A stretch of 62,727 nucleotides of DNA, filler included, from an uncultured bacterium (GTDB lineage: Bacteria > DAOPZR01): NCBI GenBank assembly GCA_964637655.1. It is 30 parts of 30 records of this genome, joined end to end, with 100 filler letters (N's around TTAATTAATTAA, not from the genome) between each part and the next. Parts side by side here need not be neighbours in the genome. Positions count along the whole stretch, not along the records: positions 30,860 to 32,878 come from CAZWUZ010000452.1; positions 32,979 to 34,969 come from CAZWUZ010000454.1; positions 35,070 to 37,031 come from CAZWUZ010000455.1; positions 37,132 to 39,076 come from CAZWUZ010000456.1; positions 39,177 to 41,106 come from CAZWUZ010000457.1; 25 more parts are not named here. The stretch is one strand, 5' to 3'. The first letter of the stretch is position 1; every line of letters starts with the position of its first letter. The notes beneath the pieces are model-generated. The model searched no databases, was not told the origin of the DNA, and worked only from the letters and a program-made list of their open reading frames with translations. Both the position numbers and the translations under genes were made by a program. Of the stretch, positions 30,860-39,227 are shown one piece after another.

Positions 30860-32556
30860 GCAGGCTCGCCACGGAGGCCTACGGGGTGGCACCCGCGCCC
30901 TACCTCGAGGAATTCGCCCGGGTTGCCCGCAGCGGCGTCCCGCACGGGTTCACCACCTACTTCGCCCCCATGCAGCGCCATTTCAAAATCGCGGTCTACG
31001 CGCCGGCACCGGACAGATTCGCCACGGTGTTCGAGGACGTCACCGACCGGTTGCGCACGGAGAGCGCGCTGCGCGAATCGCAGGAGGTGTTCAGCGCCTT
31101 CATGCGTCATTCACCCGTCTACACCTTCATCAAGGAGGTTGACGCCACGTCCAGCCGGGTGCTGCAGGCGAGCGACAACTACGTCGAAATGATCGGGGTG
31201 ACCGCGGCGCAGATGCGGGGCAAAACGATGGACGAACTTTTCCCCGCCGACTTCGCGCGCAAGATTACCGCCGACGACCGGGCGGTGGTGCAGGGCGGCA
31301 CCGTGCTCAAACTCGACGAGGAACTGAACGGGCGTCACTACACGTCCATCAAGTTCCCCATCGTGCAGGGTGGGCGCACACTGCTCGCGGGCTACACCAT
31401 CGACATCACCGAGCGCGTGCGCGCCGAGCAGGAACTGCGCGCGAGCACCGAACGCTACCAGACGCTGTTCAGCGTCGAGACCGACGCCATCCTGCTGACC
31501 GACGCGGCGAACGGGCGCATCGTCGAGGCAAACCCTGCCGCCTGCCAGTGCCACGGCTACGACCACGCGGCGATGCTGCGCCTGCGCCTCACCGACCTGT
31601 CGGTGGAGCCGGAGGAAACGCAGCGGGTGCTCAACAGCGACAGCGACGAGCCGATCCGCATCCCGCTGCGCTGGCACCGCAAACGCGACGGGTCGCAGTT
31701 CCCGGTGGAGATCACCGCGCGGTTCTTCACGCTGGCCGGGCGGCGCCTGCTGCTGGGGACGCTGCGCGACATCGGTGAACGGCTGCGCCAGGAAGCGGAA
31801 CGCGAGCGCCTGCTCGCGGCGCTGACCGCGGCCAACAACGACCTGCGCTCGCTCGACGAACTGAAGAGCAACCTGCTGTCGAACGTGTCGCACGAACTGC
31901 GCACCCCGCTGGTGGCGGTGCGCGGCTACGCGGAGATGATGCGCGAGGGGATGTCGGGCCCGGTGACCGCGCGGCAGGGTGAGCAGTTCGGCATCATGCT
32001 GCGCAACATCGACCGCCTGCTCACGCTGATCGACAACCTGCTCGACTACTCGCGGCAGCAGAAGGGGCAGGAACCGCTGCAGTGTGCCGCCTTCCCGGTC
32101 GCCGGCCTGGTGCATGATACGGTGACCCTGCTGCTGCCGCGGGCGCAGGAGAAGCAGGTCACGCTGCACGTGGCGGCGGCGGGTGACGGGCTGGAACTGA
32201 CAGCCGACCGCCGCAAGCTGCAGCAGGTGCTGATCAACCTTGTCGATAACGCGCTCAAGTTCACCCCGCAGGGCGGTACGGTGACGCTGGACGCCGCCTC
32301 GCCCGCTGCGGGAACGCTCTGCCTGACCGTGCAGGACACCGGCGTCGGCATCCCCGAGCATCAGCATGTACGCATCTTCGAGCGGTTCTACCAGGTGGAC
32401 GGCTCGTCGACCCGCGGCCACAGCGGCACCGGCATCGGGCTGGCCATCGTGCGTGATATCGTGACGCTGCACGGCGGCACGGTGAGCGTCGCCAGCACCC
32501 CGGGCGAAGGCACCATCTTCACCGTGACGCTGCCGCTTGCCGGCCCTGCTGCCTGA
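30860..32556 (+). CDS. Multi-PAS sensor histidine kinase, 5'-truncated
   Basis: SHELRTPL H-box, NLVDNALKF, DTGVGI, GTGIGL. Confidence 0.92.
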
Positions 32557-32574
32557 CCAGATTCACCAACAGCA

Positions 32575-32831
32575 TTCACCGCAGAGCACACAGAGCACGC
32601 AGAGAACGGCGGGAAACCCGTCAGGGATGGCCCTGCGGGCGCACGGCACACCCTGTTCACCACGGGGCACACGGAGCACCCTGTTTACCATGGGGCACAC
32701 GGAGCACGCGGAGCACGGCAGGGCATCCCGACAGAGATAACTCTGCGGGCACCGCTCGATGTCGGGCAACTCATCGCGATACGGGCAGCCGACCGCAGGC
32801 GCTCCGTGTACTCCGTGTACTCAGTGGTAAA
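32575..32831. repeat. Cluster of 9-bp-periodic TTCACCAC(G/A)GAGCACAC-type repeats with an inverted copy
   Basis: Direct copies at about 32575, 32656 and 32685. Inverted copy CTCCGTGTACTCCGTGTACTCAGTGGTAA at 32802-32830. Confidence 0.7.
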
Positions 32832-32984
32832 ATTGTTGTAGCTATTCAGCTGGTTCCATGCTTTCCTCTCCCGACGGGNNNNNNNNNNNNNNNNNNNNNN
32901 NNNNNNNNNNNNNNNNNNNNNNTTAATTAATTAANNNNNNNNNNNNNNNNNNNNNNNNNNNNNNNNNNNNNNNNNNNNGGGGTT

Positions 32985-34160
32985 TCATGCGGCCTCCGAG
33001 GACTGCTTCGCCCGCGGCAGCACGACGCTGAAGACTGCGCCGTGCGGGTCGCGCGGCTCATGACGCAGCGTGCCGCCGCACCCCTCGGCAATCTGCGTGG
33101 CGATATAGAGGCCCAGGCCGCGCCCGGGGCGGTCGAACTTGGTGGTGGTGAACGGGTCGAAGATGCTCTCGCGCTTCTTCGGGTCGACTCCCGGTCCGTC
33201 ATCGCTCACCGCGTAGCGGGCCGTGCCGTTCTCCACCGTCAGCGCCAGCGTCACTGTACCGCCACCCTTGGCCACCGCTTCCATCCCGTTGGTCAGCAGG
33301 ATGGTGAGGAGCTGCAATGCCTCCTCCTCGTCCATATGCGAGAGCACCGGGGCGTCGGGGAGCGTCGTCTGCAGCGTCACGTTCGCCGGCAGGCCCGGGC
33401 GGAGGCGCTCCGCTGCGGTGCGTGCGGCAAAAGCCAGGTCGAGCAGCGGCCGCCCGCTGCCGCGCCGGTTGTGGAAGTTGGTGCAGCGGCGGATGATCTC
33501 GGTGATGCGGTTGGAGCCGTTGATCATCGCGTCGACGATCTTCACCAGTTCCGCGTGGCTCAGCCCGGTCGCTTCCTGCAGCAGCGCCGCGTGCTGCGGG
33601 TCGGCGAGTTTCGGCAGCACCTCATCATGCAGGAACTGCGCGTTGCCGAGAATAAAAGTGTTGGGGTTGTTGATCTCGTGCATGATCCCCGCGGTGAGCG
33701 CCCCGAGCGAGGCCATGCGCTGCGAGCGGTGCAGCTGTTCCTGCTTGTGCGCGAGCTGCTGCCTGAGCAGCTGCCCCTCGCGGATGCGGTGCAGGGTGTG
33801 AAACAATTCGCCGAGATTGTAGGGCTTGGCGAGGTAGTCGAACGCGCTGTGCCGCGTCGCCGCGATCGCCGTTTCCATGTCCTGGAAGCCCGTGACGAGG
33901 ATGACCTCGATGCCGGTGTAGCGCTCGCGCACCGCTTTGAGCAGGCCGATGCCGTCCAGCCCGGGCATGCGGATGTCGCTGACCACCGCATCGCAGGGTT
34001 CTTTTTCCAGGCAGTCGAGCGCCTCAAGGCCGCTCGCCGCCTCCTGCACCGCCATGCCGCGGTCGCGCAAAAAGGAGACGAGCGAGACACGCAGGGCCTC
34101 CTCGTCATCTACCACCAGAACGCGAAACAGTTGCGATTCGGGTATGGTTGTGCTGACCAT
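32985..34160 (-). CDS. Hybrid response regulator - histidine kinase
   Basis: VLVVDDE, SDIRMPGLDG, KP; AGIMHEINNP, DDGPG, GRGLGL. Confidence 0.92.
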   Translation of the reverse strand: MVSTTIPESQLFRVLVVDDEEALRVSLVSFLRDRGMAVQEAASGLEALDCLEKEPCDAVVSDIRMPGLDGIGLLKAVRERYTGIEVILVTGFQDMETAIAATRHSAFDYLAKPYNLGELFHTLHRIREGQLLRQQLAHKQEQLHRSQRMASLGALTAGIMHEINNPNTFILGNAQFLHDEVLPKLADPQHAALLQEATGLSHAELVKIVDAMINGSNRITEIIRRCTNFHNRRGSGRPLLDLAFAARTAAERLRPGLPANVTLQTTLPDAPVLSHMDEEEALQLLTILLTNGMEAVAKGGGTVTLALTVENGTARYAVSDDGPGVDPKKRESIFDPFTTTKFDRPGRGLGLYIATQIAEGCGGTLRHEPRDPHGAVFSVVLPRAKQSSEAA

Positions 34161-34256
34161 GCGCTCCCCCTGTCTTCGTGTCTATGGGGAGCAACTGTCA
34201 TGCCACCTTATGTTATCCCGATATTGCTTGCAATGTGATTTTGTGCCGGCTGTCCG

Positions 34257-34294
34257 GTGCTGATTTCAGCATTTTCCAGTGCTGATTTCAGCAC
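34257..34294. repeat. Tandem 16-bp palindromes next to the RAYT 3' end
   Basis: GTGCTGATTTCAGCAT and GTGCTGATTTCAGCAC separated by 6 nt. Confidence 0.65.
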
Positions 34295-34314
34295 CGAAAT
34301 TCGGGGACACAATA

Positions 34315-34946
34315 CTAATTTCTCTTCTTTCGTCCTCTTTTCCGCGGCATGACTTCAGTCCCCATGCGTGCGGTAATCTGCTCAATGAAGGCCTGCGCTC
34401 CAAGCGGTCTTCCGGTGCGGCAATGCTTGCGGAACTCCTCTCTTGCCTGCGGTGACACCGGAGCGCCCAGAAATTCCTGCCAGTCGTGCACCCTTCCGGA
34501 CAGGGCACGCATGTCGACAATCGGATCCGCGGCCAACCCCAGATGCGCCCGCGCACTGCTCCATGGGTAGTCACCGGGGTTCTCCACCAATCCTGCTGTC
34601 ACCGGGTTCAGTTCGATATAGCGTGCCGCGGCCAGGGTGTGCTGTTCATCCATTGCCGCCGACATAAATCGCCCCTGCCAGAGGAAACCCGTCCAGCCCT
34701 CCCGTTCGTTTATCATGGTCGTGTAGCGTCNNNNNNNNNNGTTTGCGGTACCGCGATGAAATGCACGTGGTTCGGCATGAGGCAATAGGCCCACACCGAC
34801 ACTCCCGCCCTGCGGCAATAGGTCTGCGCCAGTTGCAGGTAGCGCTGGTAGTCCTCCATGCGAAAAAATGTCTGCTGGCGGCGGTTGCCGCGCTGGATAA
34901 CATGGTGCGGCACTTCCGGAACGACGATGCGGGCATGTCTGGCCAT
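34315..34946 (-). CDS. REP-associated tyrosine transposase (RAYT, HUH Y1), split by a 10-N gap
   Basis: HHVIQRGNRRQ, AYCLMPNHVH (HUH), LWQGRF, YIELNPVTAGLV...YPWSS. Confidence 0.88.
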
Positions 34947-35154
34947 GCGTGTTCCTCCGGAACGTAGTANNNNNNNNNNNNNNNNNNNNNNNNNNNNNNN
35001 NNNNNNNNNNNNNTTAATTAATTAANNNNNNNNNNNNNNNNNNNNNNNNNNNNNNNNNNNNNNNNNNNNCTCACCTGGGCCGAACTCGGGCTGCATCGCG
35101 ATACCGCCGACGCCCTCCGCGCCCGCAACCTCACCTACTGAGTGGGATTTTTTA

Positions 35155-35332
35155 TTGGGGACAGGTGTTAACTAATTAACTAACTTTTTTAGAAACGGCA
35201 AATAGGGCCCGTATACGGGTCTTTTCCCGCGAACAGTTTTCTCTGAAAAATACTTTTGCGCATTTCGTCTCTACGGGCCTTTTACGGGCTTTTCCGGCAA
35301 AAGTTTGTAAGTTTGTAAACACCCGTCCCCAA
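35155..35332. mobile_element. AT-rich MITE/REPIN-like element with 34-bp imperfect terminal inverted repeats
   Basis: TTGGGGACAGGTGTTAACTAATTAACTAACTTTT (35155-35188) versus AAAAGTTTGTAAGTTTGTAAACACCCGTCCCCAA (35299-35332); 28/34 complementary. Confidence 0.6.
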
Positions 35333-35346
35333 ATTTTCTCCCACTT

Positions 35347-35937
35347 TCAGGGGCGGAGGCGGCGGAAGGGCGCCCCGTGGCCGGGGATAACGAGGTCGGC
35401 GGCATCGAGTACCAGCTGCCGGCTGAGCTGCAGCAGTCCGGGATTGACCGCGAAATGGTCGCGCTTGTGCAGCAGCGCCTGCCGCGTCAGCACCTGCTCT
35501 TCGCCATCGCTCCACCAGAAGACATCGCCGGCAATGGCCACGGTGCCGTCCTTCTCCGTCGGCACCAGCAGCGTGACGCATTCCTGCGTATGCCCTGGTG
35601 TCGATAGCAGGCGGCAGGACCAGTCCGGCAGGCGGTTGCGGTGCGGCCGCATCAGGTCATGCTGCCAGATGGCAAGCCCGTCCATGACCGGTGTTTCCGG
35701 GAAAAGCCGGATATTGAGGAAGTGGTCGGGGTGGAAATGCGTGATAAAGATCAGGTCGATATCCTGCGCCTGCAGGCCGCGCGCGGCCAGCGCCTGGCGC
35801 AGCAGTTCGGGATTGGCGCCCGGGTCGCAGAGCAGCAGTTTACCGCCGTCGCGGACCAGCACCGTGGTTGGTGAAGCGCGCCAGCCGCCCCGGTCCCGCC
35901 GGTCATAGCCGTGAACGATTATTTCGCAGGTGGCCAT
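35347..35937 (-). CDS. MBL-fold metallo-hydrolase
   Basis: THFHPDH, TPGHT, AGD, IPGHG. Confidence 0.9.
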   Translation of the reverse strand: MATCEIIVHGYDRRDRGGWRASPTTVLVRDGGKLLLCDPGANPELLRQALAARGLQAQDIDLIFITHFHPDHFLNIRLFPETPVMDGLAIWQHDLMRPHRNRLPDWSCRLLSTPGHTQECVTLLVPTEKDGTVAIAGDVFWWSDGEEQVLTRQALLHKRDHFAVNPGLLQLSRQLVLDAADLVIPGHGAPFRRLRP

Positions 35938-35991
35938 GGTTTCCTCGCTGCCCCGTAAACGGCAGCAGCCGTTTCGGGGCAGGCATTGTCT

Positions 35992-36029
35992 TTCTCCCTG
36001 ATGACGCCTGCTGGCGTCATCAGGGAGAG
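35992..36029. terminator. Strong intergenic hairpin between the SDR and MBL genes
   Basis: TCTCCCTGATGACGCC-TGCT-GGCGTCATCAGGGAGA, a perfect 16-bp stem. Confidence 0.5.
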
Positions 36030-36030
36030 C

Positions 36031-36762
36031 TTAAAATTCCCAGCCGCCGGCGACGTCGAGGATGGTCCCCGTGACGTAGGCGGGACTGTCCGCCACCATC
36101 CACCTGACAATTTCGGCGATTTCCGCGGTAGTCCCGGGACGCCCGAAGGGGACGCTTTTCGCCATCTTCGCACGTTGCGCCTTGGTCGTGCCGCGGTCGG
36201 CGATCAGCCCCGGGCCGACAGCATTGACCCGCACCCCCTCAGACGCCAGGCGTGCCGCCAGCGACTTGGTAAGGATGAGCAGTCCCGACTTGGCCGCGTA
36301 GTAGGCGGTGGCCATGTGCTGGGCGTGGCTGTTCTCCACACCGGCATAGACGAAATTGATGATGTGCCCGCGGTTCTTGCGCAGTTCGGGCAACGCCGCA
36401 TGCGTCACCCGGTAGGTCAGGTTGAGGTTGAAGAGGATCTGGTCATCCCACTCTTCGGGGGTCACCTCGAGCAGGTCCTTCCACTCGAACGGGCCGATGG
36501 TGTTGATCAGCACGTCGATGCCGCTGCACTGCACCACCGCATCCTCGATCAGCGACTGGACACCACCTGCCTGCTTGAGGTCGCGCTGGATGATCGCGCA
36601 CTTGCCGTCGTGGATTTCCGCCTCCTCGCGCAACGGCTCGAGGCGCTGCGGGTGGCGATAGCAGTGGGCGGCGATGTCAAACCCCTCGCGGATGAGGGAC
36701 ATGGCCACCGACATGCCGATATCGGAACTGGCGCCCGTAATCAGCGCCGCGCGATTGTTCAT
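36031..36762 (-). CDS. Short-chain dehydrogenase/reductase
   Basis: ITGASSDIG, YYAAK, VRVNAVGPG, VTG...VAGG. Confidence 0.9.
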   Translation of the reverse strand: MNNRAALITGASSDIGMSVAMSLIREGFDIAAHCYRHPQRLEPLREEAEIHDGKCAIIQRDLKQAGGVQSLIEDAVVQCSGIDVLINTIGPFEWKDLLEVTPEEWDDQILFNLNLTYRVTHAALPELRKNRGHIINFVYAGVENSHAQHMATAYYAAKSGLLILTKSLAARLASEGVRVNAVGPGLIADRGTTKAQRAKMAKSVPFGRPGTTAEIAEIVRWMVADSPAYVTGTILDVAGGWEF

Positions 36763-36796
36763 CGCCGCCTCCTGCCTGCGCCCGCTGCCGTATGCC

Positions 36797-36832
36797 CCCT
36801 CTCCCGCGTGCGGGAGAGAGCAGGGGTGAGGG
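36797..36832. repeat. CCCTCTCCC palindromic repeat, copy 2
   Basis: CCCTCTCCC-GCGTGC-GGGAGAGAG-CAGGGGTGAGGG. Confidence 0.7.
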
Positions 36833-36844
36833 TGATTCCGTATA

Positions 36845-37031
36845 TCATTTTTTCGCCAGTTTGCCTAATAGCTTGACCGCGCCAACCGCATCCGCCGCGT
36901 ACTGCGCCCCGATCTCCGCCGCAAACGCCCGCGTGACGACGGCGCCGCCGACCATCAGCAGCCCGCGATACCCCGCCTGCTGCAGTGCCTGCGCCGCCTG
37001 CTGGGAGGCGCCTAGCCATGAACAGAATGAA
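36845..37031 (-). CDS. Cobalamin-binding domain protein, C-terminal fragment
   Basis: Manual translation ...LMVGGAVVTRAFAAEIGAQYAADAVGAVKLLGKLAKK*. Confidence 0.7.
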
Positions 37032-37281
37032 NNNNNNNNNNNNNNNNNNNNNNNNNNNNNNNNNNNNNNNNNNNNTTAATTAATTAANNNNNNNNNNNNN
37101 NNNNNNNNNNNNNNNNNNNNNNNNNNNNNNNCGGCCGATTCGGGGCCGGCCTTTCCGCTCCGAACCATGGCAGTCTGCGACAGTATATCACATCCAGTCG
37201 CCCGCACTGCAGGTAATATATCTCGCCGGCCCGCCCACGGCGCAGCTCCGCCGTATTGCGGCCGTCCGCCTCCGGCGGAAC

Positions 37282-37466
37282 CACGGACAGACGGACAAAC
37301 GCGGACCGGCGCGGACAGGGGAGTCAGGATTGCGTGCCGCCCGAACGGCATTCCCAGGTGCACTTGGAGGCACACGCAAGTTCCTGGGGACGCCTAGCCG
37401 GAACCACGAGGTTCCCCAGGATACGCCGATGTCCTGTGGGTCCTGTAGGTCCTGTAGGTCCTGTCC
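37282..37466. repeat. Short tandem repeats (CGGAC x4; GTCCTGT(A/G)G x3-4)
   Basis: CACGGACAGACGGACAAACGCGGACCGGCGCGGAC at about 37282. GTCCTGTGGGTCCTGTAGGTCCTGTAGGTCCTGT at about 37431. Confidence 0.55.
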
Positions 37467-37654
37467 AGGCACGCGACAAGACGAACGTTCTTGTGTGCCG
37501 CCTGTTAAGTCCACTCAAAGCCGGCCGTCCACTCCCGGCCCGGCCCCGCACGCTCCGCGCCCTCTGCGCGGGCTCGACGTCTCTGCGCTGCGCCGCAGGC
37601 GCCCGGCTCCGCACACCTGGCCCCGCGCGCTTGGGTTTCTATGAGAGGCAAAGT

Positions 37655-37897
37655 CAATGGGATTTTTCGCCTAGGGCGAAATCCGCTTCCCACGGACGCC
37701 TGTTCACCTCGTTTCTATCCGCACTCTAGTCCGGCCACGTGGCCTGGTGCATGTTAAGATCCGTCGTCGGGCTGCCACTTGCGCGTCGGACTCGATGCGG
37801 TCCAAACCCAAGCTCGCAGTCACCGGGACGGGGTGTGAGCGCCGTGGGGGACGGACGCGCCGTTCGGCGAACTCCCCCTGAAATCCCCTTCCGCCCG
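37655..37897 (-). ncRNA. Putative bridge/seek RNA of the IS1111 element (boundaries approximate)
   Basis: Structured region downstream of the transposase with segments matching both target flanks and the donor junction. Confidence 0.7.
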
Positions 37898-38962
37898 TCA
37901 GAAGGCGGGTTCCGCGGCGGGGGCGAAGCGCGCGGCCAGCGCGTCGTCGTACGGCCGTCCGGACTTCAGCATCGCGAGCATGACGACGGCGAGCTTGCGC
38001 GCCACCGCCGTCTTCGCCTTGCGCCTGGCAACCTTCCCGCCGCGGGCGCAGATCCGCTCCCCGTAGCGCTTGAGCGCGCTGTCCGGAGACGACGCCCGCA
38101 GGATGTAGTTGGCGGCGTTGACGAGGAGCGTGCGGACCATCGTGCCGCCCGTCTTCGTGATGCGCTTCGGGGCGTCGCCGTCGCCCGACTGGTCCTGGCC
38201 CGGCGTGAGGCCGAAGTAGCATCCCGCGTCGCGTGCGCGCCCGAAGCCCTTCGCGTCGGGGACGTGCGCGACGTAGGCGCTGCTCGTGATCTCGCCCACG
38301 CCGGGGACGGTGCGCAGCAGCTCCGACTCCTTCCCGAAGTGCCTGCGCGAGTAGTCGCGGACCAGTTCGTCGTACTTCCGGATCGTTTCGCGGAGGAGCT
38401 CGAGCTGCGCGAGCAGGGGCTCGAACTTCCACGCCTCCCGCGCGGGGATCCCGTCCCTGGCGGCGGAGAGGAAGCACCCGGCGTCGCATTTCCGCAGGAA
38501 GACGCCGCAGGCCTTGCACATCCCGCGCACGCTGTTCACGATCCGCGTGCGCTGCGCCACGGCGATCTCGCGCAGCTCGAGCAGCTGGACCATCGCGTGG
38601 CGCTCGTCGTCCCGGAGCGCGACGGGGTGGAAGAGCTCGCGGTCGGCCCGCGCCAGCCTCGCGATCATCAGCGCGTCGTTCCCGTCGTTCTTCCGCTTGC
38701 TCGTCCAGATCGCGGCCAGCTTCCGGGCGTTGCCGACGACGGTGTCGCACCCGCACTTCGCCGAGAGTGCGCTGATCCAGCGGCAGCAGAGCCCGGTCTC
38801 CATCGCGACGGTGGCCCCGGCGTGCTGCCGGAAGAACGCCTCGAGCGCCTCCGGCGTGTTGGCGACCTCGGACCGGAACAGCACCTTGCCCGCCCTGTCG
38901 AGCGCGCAGACGACGTGCTTCCTGTTCCCCAGATCCATTCCGATTGTGATATCATTCTCCAT
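37898..38962 (-). CDS. IS110 family DEDD transposase/recombinase
   Basis: IGMDLG, VAMETG, KNDGNDA, TVPGVG, YFGLTPGQDQSG (catalytic Ser), AVARKL. RBS AGGAG before ATG 38962. Confidence 0.95.
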   Translation of the reverse strand: MENDITIGMDLGNRKHVVCALDRAGKVLFRSEVANTPEALEAFFRQHAGATVAMETGLCCRWISALSAKCGCDTVVGNARKLAAIWTSKRKNDGNDALMIARLARADRELFHPVALRDDERHAMVQLLELREIAVAQRTRIVNSVRGMCKACGVFLRKCDAGCFLSAARDGIPAREAWKFEPLLAQLELLRETIRKYDELVRDYSRRHFGKESELLRTVPGVGEITSSAYVAHVPDAKGFGRARDAGCYFGLTPGQDQSGDGDAPKRITKTGGTMVRTLLVNAANYILRASSPDSALKRYGERICARGGKVARRKAKTAVARKLAVVMLAMLKSGRPYDDALAARFAPAAEPAF

Positions 38963-39227
38963 GGCAGTTCTCCTGTTTGCAGGCCTTGATTCGTTGTGTG
39001 AACAAATCATAGCACCTCTTCGGGTGAGCTGCCTCTCATTTTACTTGCGCGCCGGCCCCCGGCGCGCGTGGTCAAGNNNNNNNNNNNNNNNNNNNNNNNN
39101 NNNNNNNNNNNNNNNNNNNNTTAATTAATTAANNNNNNNNNNNNNNNNNNNNNNNNNNNNNNNNNNNNNNNNNNNNAGCCACCGACCCCGACACCTGGTG
39201 CGGGTGAAGTGCCGGGGGAGGGGAGGG

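Larger units (their letters stand above)
37638..39046 (-). mobile_element. Complete IS110-family element, IS1111 subgroup
   Basis: Sub-terminal IRs ATGAGAGGCA (37641-37650) and TGCCTCTCAT (39030-39039), lying 3 and 7 nt from the ends. TT/AA core at 37636-37637 and 39045-39046. Long 3' non-coding region. Confidence 0.88.

Noticed and set aside
32575-32831. Possible CRISPR array
   Set aside because: Repeats are degenerate, irregularly spaced and internally periodic, with no constant repeat-spacer pattern and no cas genes.
34713-34818. Frameshifts in RAYT, YihY and the phage repeat gene
   Set aside because: Each apparent shift coincides with a 10-N scaffold gap of unknown true length, so it is not evidence of programmed frameshifting.
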